A stretch of 35,552 nt of DNA, from positions 1 through 35,552 of the IMG/VR virus record IMGVR_UViG_3300030406_000090. One strand, written 5' to 3'. The position numbers and the translations under genes were made by a program. This DNA is from a virus. Its lineage: Duplodnaviria > Caudoviricetes. A model generated the notes under the pieces. The model had not been told where the DNA came from. It ran no database searches and worked only from the letters and a program-made list of their open reading frames with translations. Numbering within the stretch: position 1 is the first letter of the stretch; each line of letters begins with the position of its first letter. This document shows, in pieces, positions 18,930-27,086 of this stretch.

Positions 18930-19159
18930 TATGACCACTCCTCTGTAGGTGCATCAGGCCACGTTGGATTAGATGGACTAGTCTTGCGTATAGTTCTTAT
19001 AGAAGCACGATACGTTTTAAATAAGGCTACGCAATTATCTGTTAGACCGCTATCTGGTAGCTGTGTCCAATCCGTTGCTTTTAATATAGCATCAGCAGTA
19101 AATTGAGGCTGTTTAGAAGATACAGGATTATAAGAAACAATATTTTTATAGTTTGCCAT
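18929..19159 (-). CDS. Tail fibre assembly chaperone paralog, 76 aa
   Basis: LKATDWTQLPDSGLT...YRASIR.I...WPDAPTEEWS. Confidence 0.8.
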   Translation of the reverse strand: MANYKNIVSYNPVSSKQPQFTADAILKATDWTQLPDSGLTDNCVALFKTYRASIRTIRKTSPSNPTWPDAPTEEWS

Positions 19160-19162
19160 AGT

Positions 19163-20053
19163 TTATCCTATTAAATACCCATAAACTTGTGTATGTGCTG
19201 GACCTTCATAAATAGTTACGGTGCTACCTGTTACATTTCTAAATGTAAGCTGGTCTCCAGCTGATAAATTTGCAACAAGGTCTAATGTAACATTTCCAAT
19301 TAAATCTTGTTGAACATATGAAATAATTGAAGAGCCTTGATATAAAGCTATAATCATACTTTGAGATGTGTTATTATTAAAAACATTACCCCCAATATGA
19401 TACAGACCATCAACAGGAACACCTATTACTCCTGTTGAACTAGTGTATGTAAATCCACGTATACCTGCTATTGAGCCAGAAGTAGCAAACGCAGTGTGTC
19501 CTTGAGTTGTGTTGCCAAGAGTATCGCCATTATCATGGTTACTATCACCTGCATTGCCTCCTAATAAAACAAAAAAGGGTATAGCTGGTTTAAATACACG
19601 TCCAGTGCTATCAATAGTCAATCCTGTATTACCACCAGACACGACATTAATAGTATCATCAGTGCTTGCTTCAATCTTACTGTCTGCATCAGCATCTAAT
19701 ATTAAGTTGTTACCGTTAATATCTACATCACCACTAAATGTACCAGTTGCAGCCTGAAGAGAAGCTCCAGCAGGATGAGTTGCAGTACCTATAGCCTGCG
19801 CCTGAAACACTACATAAAAATCATCAGTAGTTTCTACATCACCTGTCATAGTAAGTGTTGTAGTGCCATCTACAGTATATGCAACACTTGGCTCTTGCCG
19901 CACATTATTTACAAATACTTCAATATCATTCGCACTGCCAACTGGATTATTTAGGGTAAACCCTCTTTTTGCAGGACTGCCAGTAACACCCGTTAAATCT
20001 TGGTACTCAACAGATGAAAATCTATTTGTTGGGTTAGTACCTATATAAGGCAT
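19163..20053 (-). CDS. Tail fibre protein with MPYIG N-terminus and C1q/TNF-like C-terminal head, 296 aa
   Basis: DIEVFVNNVRQEP..AYT domain and a short shaft. C-terminal TG.I.VPVDGLY...NLSAGDQL...GYLIG resembles a C1q-like head. Confidence 0.7.
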   Translation of the reverse strand: MPYIGTNPTNRFSSVEYQDLTGVTGSPAKRGFTLNNPVGSANDIEVFVNNVRQEPSVAYTVDGTTTLTMTGDVETTDDFYVVFQAQAIGTATHPAGASLQAATGTFSGDVDINGNNLILDADADSKIEASTDDTINVVSGGNTGLTIDSTGRVFKPAIPFFVLLGGNAGDSNHDNGDTLGNTTQGHTAFATSGSIAGIRGFTYTSSTGVIGVPVDGLYHIGGNVFNNNTSQSMIIALYQGSSIISYVQQDLIGNVTLDLVANLSAGDQLTFRNVTGSTVTIYEGPAHTQVYGYLIG

Positions 20054-20415
20054 TAGGTTATCTCCATAATACTCAAAGTAGCATCAATTTTTCCAGCAAC
20101 ATCACAGTCAATTTGTATTTTATCACCAGAACTATTTGCATATTGAAGAACAACTTTATTACCCGCTAGTAATTCTACAGATGCACCTGCTGGAATAGGA
20201 ATATCTTTTACTAGAAAAACAGTTTCATTTGTTTCTGTATCTGCTGTATTTGATACCAGTTTAACATCAGCAGTTACCTGACTTGTATGTATATTACATA
20301 GCATAAGACCTAATACAACACTAGTTGTACTAGATGGAACTGTGTATAAATCTAATGGTGTACCTGCCGAAGTTGGCATAGCTGCATTAGTTTTAACTTT
20401 AAAAGTGTTTGCCAT
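20053..20415 (-). CDS. Small beta-rich structural protein (MANTFK...EIT), putative fibre hub/adaptor, 120 aa
   Basis: GGAG SD and YTVPSSTT...IPAG.S...KVVL motif. Lies between the long fibre and the MPYIG genes. Confidence 0.6.
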   Translation of the reverse strand: MANTFKVKTNAAMPTSAGTPLDLYTVPSSTTSVVLGLMLCNIHTSQVTADVKLVSNTADTETNETVFLVKDIPIPAGASVELLAGNKVVLQYANSSGDKIQIDCDVAGKIDATLSIMEIT

Positions 20416-20437
20416 TTTTTACTCCAAAGCTGATATA

Positions 20438-20466
20438 ATTATACCAGATTTCTCCTTTTTTGTCAA
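20438..20466 (-). promoter_or_regulatory. Consensus sigma70 promoter TTGACA-N17-TATAAT
   Basis: Plus strand shows TGTCAA at 20461-20466 and ATTATA at 20438-20443 with a 17-nt spacer, in an intergenic gap. Confidence 0.85.
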
Positions 20467-20473
20467 GCGTTAA

Positions 20474-22447
20474 TTATCCAAGTGCAATTGCTAATGCTGT
20501 TGCTGATTCCTCTGCAAATGACCTTGTAGAAACTGTTCCTGATTCATCCGCAAATGTAAAGGTTCTGTCTGCAGTAGGATTGGTTATAGCAAATACTGTT
20601 TCATGGTCATCTGCAGAAGAACCTTCAAAAGTTATACCTGTATCTGTTATATTACTTGCTGCACCAACCTGAGTAGCTATATATGCTTTAATAGATTGTT
20701 GAGTAGCTAAAGCAGTAGCACTATCTGTTGCCATATTATCTTCATCAAGAATGGCAGTTACTGTTGCACCAGAAGCAAGTGTTAAATTTGTACTTGCTGT
20801 AAGATTAGTAAACGTACCAGCAGCAGCACTGTTAGCACCTATTGTTGTACCATCTATCTCACCAGCAGCAATATCTACTTTGCTAATATCAACTTCACCA
20901 GTACCATTTGGTGTAAGTGCAATGTTACCATTAGTATCTGTAGATGTAATAGCGTTGCCATTAACATTAATATTATCTACCTGCAGTTCTGTAACAGCAC
21001 TATTAGTACCTAATGTTACAGCATCAATAGCACCGCTATCAATATCTACTTTGGTAATGTCAACTTCGCCTGTACCATTTGGAGTGATAGCAATATTACC
21101 ATTTGTATCTGTGCTACTAATTGTATTGCCATCAATAGTAATGTTATCAATGTCAACTTGCGTATCCATAACAATAGTACCGTCAGACTTAATACGCATA
21201 CGTTCTGTAGCAGCAGCAGATGTATTTGTTTTAAATACAAGGGCAGTAGAATTATTGTCACTAGCAAAGGTAGCTTCAGCTACAGCTTCAATAGCTGCAC
21301 CATCAAGAATAGCATCTGTGCCACTACCCTCATCAGGAGCATTAAAGGTTATCTTACCTAAGACATTACCACTTTCAACAGACGTATCACCTGTCTGTAA
21401 GTTAAGTTCAAAACCTGATGCTGCTTTAGCTTGTACACCTACGTTGTGTTCATGGGTAAGTGTTATTTCTTCATCTACACCTAATTTTATAACACCACCA
21501 TCTGAAAGCACACTAATGTTACCGCTAATGTTAGCATTTGTACTAACATCAATTTGACCAGTTACGTTTACACCATCTGCATCTGTGTCAAACTTTTTTA
21601 CATTGTTATGGTAGAGTTCAACAGCACCATTAACATCCATAGCTATAAAAGTTTCAGTGCCTGTGTCGCTACGGAGAGTTACATTATCACCCTGAATAAA
21701 TAACTCGCCTGTGTTGTTTTCTATAATACTGTCTGTGCCATTATGGTATAGTTCAAGGTCTGTTCCTGTGCCAAGTTGAACTTTTTCATTGTCTCCTAAA
21801 CTTAAACCATCCATAGCTAGTGAGCCAGTAATGGTAACACCTGTTGCTGTTGTTGCTAGTTTGACAGAATTATCATGGTATAAACTTACAGCACCATCTT
21901 CTACAAACTGTGCCATAGTTTCAGAGCCATCATTTTTTCTGATTTCTACTGTGCTACCATCTAATGCTAATATACCAGTGCCTGAATCTCTGACTATACT
22001 ATTTGATGCATCGTGAAATATTTGTAAATCTGCAGCGTCACCAAAGGTAGCTTTAGCACTATCAGCAAATTCTAATGCGTTGTCACTAGCATCAAACACT
22101 ACATTGTTAGCTGCGCCTGTAAGAGTAACATCACCAGTGGTAGTTAGATTTACAAGATTAGCTGTGCCAGCTAAGTGAGCATCTTTAAATTTAAGAAGAC
22201 TTGTGCCAATGTCTAGTGTATTATTAGTCTTTGGTTTTATTTCAGTTGTACTAGCCACAAAGTCTTGAGCAGGTCCAAGCACAGTAACAGGCGCACCTTC
22301 ACCGGATGTGCCATCATGGGTATGTCCTGAACTACTATTAAAAGCAGCTTCAATGGCATCATACTCGCCATCAAAGTCTGCAGCGTTAATAATGTTACCG
22401 TCAGCAATATTATTAGCGGTATCGTTTCTGGTATAACCTGTTCCCAT
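20474..22447 (-). CDS. Proximal (long) tail fibre protein, 657 aa
   Basis: Follows the nozzle gene. GYTR...GHTHDG anchor region, G/T/D/N-rich beta repeats, ends ATALAIALG. Confidence 0.8.
   Translation of the reverse strand: MGTGYTRNDTANNIADGNIINAADFDGEYDAIEAAFNSSSGHTHDGTSGEGAPVTVLGPAQDFVASTTEIKPKTNNTLDIGTSLLKFKDAHLAGTANLVNLTTTGDVTLTGAANNVVFDASDNALEFADSAKATFGDAADLQIFHDASNSIVRDSGTGILALDGSTVEIRKNDGSETMAQFVEDGAVSLYHDNSVKLATTATGVTITGSLAMDGLSLGDNEKVQLGTGTDLELYHNGTDSIIENNTGELFIQGDNVTLRSDTGTETFIAMDVNGAVELYHNNVKKFDTDADGVNVTGQIDVSTNANISGNISVLSDGGVIKLGVDEEITLTHEHNVGVQAKAASGFELNLQTGDTSVESGNVLGKITFNAPDEGSGTDAILDGAAIEAVAEATFASDNNSTALVFKTNTSAAATERMRIKSDGTIVMDTQVDIDNITIDGNTISSTDTNGNIAITPNGTGEVDITKVDIDSGAIDAVTLGTNSAVTELQVDNINVNGNAITSTDTNGNIALTPNGTGEVDISKVDIAAGEIDGTTIGANSAAAGTFTNLTASTNLTLASGATVTAILDEDNMATDSATALATQQSIKAYIATQVGAASNITDTGITFEGSSADDHETVFAITNPTADRTFTFADESGTVSTRSFAEESATALAIALG
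20850..21150 (-). repeat. Tandem protein repeat pair in tail fibre shaft (boundaries approximate)
   Basis: DNITIDGNTISSTDTNGNIAITPNGTGEVDITKVDI versus DNINVNGNAITSTDTNGNIALTPNGTGEVDISKVDI. Confidence 0.85.
21557..22075 (-). repeat. Tandem about 85-90-aa domain repeat in tail fibre
   Basis: DLQIFHD..NS...GAVSLYHDNSVKLATTATGVTITG versus DLELYHN..DS...GAVELYHNNVKKFDTDADGVNVTG. Confidence 0.8.
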
Positions 22448-22452
22448 GTTAT

Positions 22453-24429
22453 TTACCTTCTGTCATGTGTCGCATACTCAACTGTCAATGCGTCAATAGA
22501 ATATGGTGGGTCTGTGCTTGTGGATGTAAATTGAAAAGATACAGTGTTTCCTGAACCTACCACTTGTGTTTCAAATAGTTTAAGTAGCTTGCTTCCAAAA
22601 CTTGTAGAACCAAATATGCCTACACCAAAAAATCCAACTTGTCCTTGTGTATTAAGAATGCGAATAGCTGGTGGCTGAATAGTACCTGAACTATCAAAGT
22701 CTAGTTTTAAACTAACATCAAAGTTTACGCTACCTTGCGGGTCAGAATACAAAAATAATTTATAAAATGTTTTACGTATTCGTGGGTCTTTAATAGGTAA
22801 GTGTGGAGTAGCAAATGTAGTTTGAATATTATCTCCATCAAATGAATTACCACTTTCCATTTGATACAAATAGCCATCATCATTTGAAAATAACACCACT
22901 TCAACAGTGCCGTTATAATTGCTATCTGCTACGTTTGCACGTATACCTCGTGTTTCAGCCCATGCCATACCCTCACCACCTTGTGGGGCAAATTGTGTAG
23001 CTAATACTCCTTGAGCATTTTCTGCAGTAATGTTATTGTTAAAACCTAATATTCTATACTGTGACTTTTCTCTAATTACACAACTTGTAAAACTTGTATT
23101 AGCAGCAATAAAAGCTGTCATGTTAGACTGAATATTTTTAGATACGGACGCTAGTCCAAAATCTCCAATCCTATCTGTACCACTTACAAGTCTTAATCCA
23201 TCAGGTGCAAGGAACATAATATCCCCGGCAATCTCTTGTATGGTATCTGAGTCAATACAACCTATATCTGTTGTAATTGGCTGTAAGCTAAAATCTGCAA
23301 TAGTAGTGCCTAGTAATTGATGTATACTACGCTCAGTAAATATAATAAGATTTTGCCTAAATACAGCAAGACCTGTAATTGTAGTCCCTACGTTAATTAC
23401 ACCAGAGCCATTAGCTGCTGTAAAGTCTGAATCTGTATAAGGTGCAGTAAAAGTTAAGTTACTGCCTTTTGCAAAAAATAAATGTTTTTTAGCTTCTTCA
23501 ACAAAAGATGCACCTATAACACCTGTTGGTGCGCTATCAAGAACAGTAAATGTAGCATTGTCATATAATGCTGGTGCGTTAAGACCATCTACTATTGCTA
23601 TTTTTTCTGTTCCACTAAAGTTATATTTAGCAAACCTTGTCTTGCCAGCAGTTTCTCTACTTACAGAAAGAAATGTAATAACTGCATCATCAGCAGGACT
23701 ACTAGCTAAATTAGGATTTATGTTTATTGTAGCACCACCAGATGATACAGTTGCATCTGCAGTAACTGTGTAAATTAAATCTACACCAGCAATTTTAAAA
23801 GCATCTCCTAATTGAGGTGCGCTATCTAAACCATCAATTGCAAGTGTGCTGCCACTTTGACCAGCACCATTTACAAGAGGTGTGCCATAATCAGGCACAT
23901 TAATTTTAGTAAATCCAGAACCACCAGATTTAAATATGTCTGCATTTTTACAGACAATAGCACTGTCTTCCCATGCTGCTACACCTATAGTTAAATAATT
24001 AGATGATGTGCTTAAAAATGTAACAGCAGCAGCATTAGCTGGACTACTAGCAAGAGAAGTTGTTAATGTTAGTGTTGCTCTATTATTGGTAGCATCAAAG
24101 CTAACACCACCAGAAGCTATAGTGTAAGTTCCTGAAACACCTGCTACTTGAAATGTATCACCTGCGACAGGTGTTGTGTGACAGGCAGCTATAATAAGTG
24201 TAGTTCCTGTTTGACTAGCACCGTGAACTACTGGCGCACCATAAGGTGGTATAATAGCACTATCAAACTTCGTAAACCCTTCGATTCTTCTATAACCACC
24301 TTCTACTGATGGTTCATAGTTTCTTAGTATTCTTGCACTTCCCGGTGCATTTATACCCTGCTGAAGGGGAGATAAGTTTGTTATCAGACCGCCACGAAAC
24401 TCAACAGGATAGGTTTGCCATGCATCCAT
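22453..24429 (-). CDS. Tail nozzle (tail tubular protein B / P22 gp10-like) with two inserted beta domains, 658 aa
   Basis: Position after the adaptor gene. GGL...NYEP...GGYRRI.G, ITGL.VFR..LIIF and IGC...TIQEI.GDI.FLAPDGLR propeller-like motifs. Confidence 0.72.
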   Translation of the reverse strand: MDAWQTYPVEFRGGLITNLSPLQQGINAPGSARILRNYEPSVEGGYRRIEGFTKFDSAIIPPYGAPVVHGASQTGTTLIIAACHTTPVAGDTFQVAGVSGTYTIASGGVSFDATNNRATLTLTTSLASSPANAAAVTFLSTSSNYLTIGVAAWEDSAIVCKNADIFKSGGSGFTKINVPDYGTPLVNGAGQSGSTLAIDGLDSAPQLGDAFKIAGVDLIYTVTADATVSSGGATININPNLASSPADDAVITFLSVSRETAGKTRFAKYNFSGTEKIAIVDGLNAPALYDNATFTVLDSAPTGVIGASFVEEAKKHLFFAKGSNLTFTAPYTDSDFTAANGSGVINVGTTITGLAVFRQNLIIFTERSIHQLLGTTIADFSLQPITTDIGCIDSDTIQEIAGDIMFLAPDGLRLVSGTDRIGDFGLASVSKNIQSNMTAFIAANTSFTSCVIREKSQYRILGFNNNITAENAQGVLATQFAPQGGEGMAWAETRGIRANVADSNYNGTVEVVLFSNDDGYLYQMESGNSFDGDNIQTTFATPHLPIKDPRIRKTFYKLFLYSDPQGSVNFDVSLKLDFDSSGTIQPPAIRILNTQGQVGFFGVGIFGSTSFGSKLLKLFETQVVGSGNTVSFQFTSTSTDPPYSIDALTVEYATHDRR

Positions 24430-24440
24430 CGTGTTAGTCC

Positions 24441-25160
24441 TTATAAATTAAGACCTGTGTTTGCTCCACCTGTATTACGAGTAATCATATAGGAACGCAC
24501 ATAAGGTGTACGATTAATCAATTGTGAACGCATATGTTTAATACCCTCATCAAATTTTTGTTTCGCTATTGTAGCCGCTTGTGAGTTACTTCTAAACATA
24601 TATGCGTGGTACATAGCACCATCTATAATAATGTGTCTAAAGCGTTCTGGTATATTTGTTGTATCTGTTGCCCCAGATAAGTCGGTAGGAAAAGTATAAT
24701 ACTCGTATACTACTTCATATGCTTTATTTGGTTCTGGTGATAATATGTATTCTAAGTCAGGTGCTTGTATGACATAAATAGGAACACCTTGATTAGAAGT
24801 TGAGTTATACTCTTGCTGTACATACTTATCTAAGTATTCTTCATAAGCTACTTCACTTAATCTAGTAGTAGCATTACCAAGCGTGGTGTTTTCTTTTATT
24901 CTAAATGTTTTAAAATTAATAACTTTAGCATCTGTTGGAAATGCGTAACGGCTAGTGTTAGCTACTAATGTAGTTGTTTGTGTTACGTGATTGAAAGGCC
25001 AGTTATATTCTGACTGATTTAAATATCTTATGGAAGCGTTTACTGCATCTTTAGCCTGTGAGTAAAACCCTGTTGCAGTTGCAAAATTAGCTGAAGTGAG
25101 TTCTACCTCATTCAGCCGTCTGTTTACATCATTTACTAGACCAAGAAAATCGTATGCCAT
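24441..25160 (-). CDS. Head-tail adaptor (tail tubular protein A-like), 239 aa
   Basis: FL.LVN.V.RRLNEV...WPF...P.P..AY...YEY...IPERF pattern, located downstream of the capsid operon. Confidence 0.72.
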   Translation of the reverse strand: MAYDFLGLVNDVNRRLNEVELTSANFATATGFYSQAKDAVNASIRYLNQSEYNWPFNHVTQTTTLVANTSRYAFPTDAKVINFKTFRIKENTTLGNATTRLSEVAYEEYLDKYVQQEYNSTSNQGVPIYVIQAPDLEYILSPEPNKAYEVVYEYYTFPTDLSGATDTTNIPERFRHIIIDGAMYHAYMFRSNSQAATIAKQKFDEGIKHMRSQLINRTPYVRSYMITRNTGGANTGLNL

Positions 25161-25171
25161 GTTTTTCCCTT

Positions 25172-25207
25172 AGAGAAAGTGAGGGGCAAGTTGCCCTGCC
25201 CCATCAC
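25172..25207 (-). terminator. Intrinsic terminator after the capsid operon
   Basis: Minus strand GTGATGGGGCAGG-GCAA-CTTGCCCCTCAC then TTTCTCT. GNRA loop, 5 nt after the stop of the 174-aa gene. Confidence 0.8.
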
Positions 25208-25212
25208 ATTAT

Positions 25213-25737
25213 TTATGCAAGTGTGTCACGGTCTACTTCATCAGCAGCCATGTCACCAAGGCCATCAATGTTCATCAACACAGCAAAAATACGAATTTTT
25301 CCTGCATTTGGTGCAGTTGATGTCGCTTGAAGTTCTAAGTCAATGGTATCTTCTGCTGTGCAAATAACAGGGTTAGCTGCTGTTGCTGCAGGAGTTAGAT
25401 ATCCAATTCCAGAGGACAAGTTTGTTGCGTTGTCATCAATGTCAATGCCAGAAACATATCCAGTTACATCTGTACCACCGATTTGGTCTCCACTACCAGT
25501 GAAGCCAAGGTTTACAGTATTTCCATCTGCTGCCGTTTGAACAGCTTCAATCATTTCAGCACCTGCTGTCAACACCATAGTATTGGCTGGTACAGAAATT
25601 GCTTCAACAATATCACCTGCTGAAAGGCTGTTAATTGCAGAGTTGGAAAAATCCAGAGTAGTTTCAACCATGTAAGGCTGACGACCACGTGCGCCTGCTC
25701 CACGTACAGAGGTTTTAAGTGTACTAACTGTAGCCAT
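25213..25737 (-). CDS. Putative capsid decoration/minor capsid protein, 174 aa
   Basis: Directly after the MCP gene with a strong GGGAGG SD and before the terminator. Beta-rich sequence. Confidence 0.62.
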   Translation of the reverse strand: MATVSTLKTSVRGAGARGRQPYMVETTLDFSNSAINSLSAGDIVEAISVPANTMVLTAGAEMIEAVQTAADGNTVNLGFTGSGDQIGGTDVTGYVSGIDIDDNATNLSSGIGYLTPAATAANPVICTAEDTIDLELQATSTAPNAGKIRIFAVLMNIDGLGDMAADEVDRDTLA

Positions 25738-25749
25738 TTTAACCCTCCC

Positions 25750-26847
25750 TTATGCCAAGCAGTAAGCAGCAGTTACGATTGCTTCAGGACGAAGAATCTT
25801 TCTGCCATAAAGATGCATACCACGAACGATGTCAGCAAAGCTGTCAGGGTCACGGTAAGTTTCAGTCTTGTTAATCTGCTCTGCAGTTGCGACAGCAGAT
25901 GAATGACCAGCCACGATAATGCCCATGTTTGACGCATTAACACCGCCTGTAGTTGCAGGGCCAGTACCCAGCGAAGGCAAGTTGTTAGATGTGTAAACTT
26001 GGAAACCGTGAAGGTTATTTACAACAAGACCATTCTGAAGACCAGAACCACCAAAGTCAGAATTCAGAAGACGTGAATCTTCATCCTTCAATACTTCAAT
26101 GAAAACCGGGTCAAGAACTAGCCAGCGTCCTTGGGTATCAACATTCTGTTGGTCCATCAGACGTGACATACGTGCAATGATTTGCAGCGGAAATGCGTTA
26201 CCAGCAGTGCTAGACTTAGCAGCCGTTGCGCCACCTGCACGTGGCTCGATACCAATACAGTTGTTTGCAGAACCTGCAGAACCTGATGCATTAGTAAAGT
26301 CAGATGCGTCCAAAGACATAGACGCAAGCAATTCAGCACCTACGAGGTTTGCACCATCAGAGGCTGTTGAAACAGCTTTAGCACCGTTAACAGTTGTGTT
26401 AACAGTATTAGCTTTTCCATGAATAGCTGACTGTTTAAAGCCTGACAAATAGCCAAGAACATCTTGGTCATACTGGTCAGCAAGGCGATATGCAGCACGG
26501 TCACTTGCCAAAGATTGGAAGTTAACGTGGCTGTGCGCCTCTTCAATATCATCAACCTTAAATGCAAAGTAGTTAGCTTTGTCAATTGTTAGGCTGAACT
26601 CTTCATCGTCAAGGTCTTGAGGAGTGATAGTAGTACCACGCTCATATGCCTTAACTGTTATTTCGGGTTCCTTAATAATCTTAACGGAATCACCCATTTG
26701 AGCAATTTCACCAAAGTAGTCATTATTGGTGATTGCCTCAGCAACAGCAGCCTTGCGGAAAGCAAGTTGCACCTGTTTGCTGTAAATAATAGGCGAAAAA
26801 TTACCGTTAGGAAGATTACCATAACCCGCAGCTTTTGCGAATGCCAT
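25750..26847 (-). CDS. Major capsid protein (HK97 fold, P22/T7-like), 365 aa
   Basis: FSPIIYSK...N.DY.GEI...GD.VKI..EP...L.IDKA.YFAFKVDDIE...R..DSFADIVRG.HLYG.K.LRPE. Follows the scaffold gene. AGGAG SD. Confidence 0.92.
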   Translation of the reverse strand: MAFAKAAGYGNLPNGNFSPIIYSKQVQLAFRKAAVAEAITNNDYFGEIAQMGDSVKIIKEPEITVKAYERGTTITPQDLDDEEFSLTIDKANYFAFKVDDIEEAHSHVNFQSLASDRAAYRLADQYDQDVLGYLSGFKQSAIHGKANTVNTTVNGAKAVSTASDGANLVGAELLASMSLDASDFTNASGSAGSANNCIGIEPRAGGATAAKSSTAGNAFPLQIIARMSRLMDQQNVDTQGRWLVLDPVFIEVLKDEDSRLLNSDFGGSGLQNGLVVNNLHGFQVYTSNNLPSLGTGPATTGGVNASNMGIIVAGHSSAVATAEQINKTETYRDPDSFADIVRGMHLYGRKILRPEAIVTAAYCLA

Positions 26848-27045
26848 GTTTCTTCTCCTAAAGTTTTAGCATTTTTCTACAGATGCAAACTCACGAGACT
26901 AATCAGAGGCTAATTCACTTGGGTGTGTATTCTAGTAAGGTGGCCGCCCTACTATTCAACAGGCCAAATTCGTCAGGTAATCCGTAAGCTGTGTTTGTTT
27001 GCTATTATGTGTGGACATATTGCGCTATACATCCACACTTGGTCA
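26848..27045 (-). promoter_or_regulatory. Long structured 5' leader of the major capsid gene (candidate cis-regulatory RNA)
   Basis: Hairpins at 27009-27038 (12-bp stem including two G-U pairs) and 26933-26954 (8-bp stem, loop CGGCCA). Largest non-coding gap in the window. Confidence 0.5.
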
Positions 27046-27051
27046 CATATA

Positions 27052-27079
27052 GTTATACTGAAAAATAACTATTTGTCAA
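27052..27079 (-). promoter_or_regulatory. Sigma70-like promoter for the capsid operon, TTGACA-N16-TATAAC
   Basis: Plus strand TGTCAA at 27074-27079 and GTTATA at 27052-27057, just after the scaffold stop, with an A-tract upstream. Confidence 0.65.
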
Positions 27080-27086
27080 CACTTTT

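Noticed and set aside
13146-20053. Diversity-generating retroelement or invertase shufflon acting on the fibre tips
   Set aside because: No reverse transcriptase or invertase, no long template/variable repeat pair, and all modules lie on one strand without inverted repeats.
20751-21557. 268-aa plus-strand ORF and other short antisense ORFs across the structural arm
   Set aside because: They lie wholly opposite well-supported genes and mirror their codon bias.
25737-25770. T7 10A/10B-style capsid frameshift into the downstream gene
   Set aside because: No slippery run at the MCP 3' end, and the next gene has its own strong SD and ATG.
26905-26985. Hammerhead-like CTGACGA...stem...GAAT in the capsid leader
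   Set aside because: The core reads GAAT rather than GAAA, and I could not form stems I and III around a cleavage triplet.
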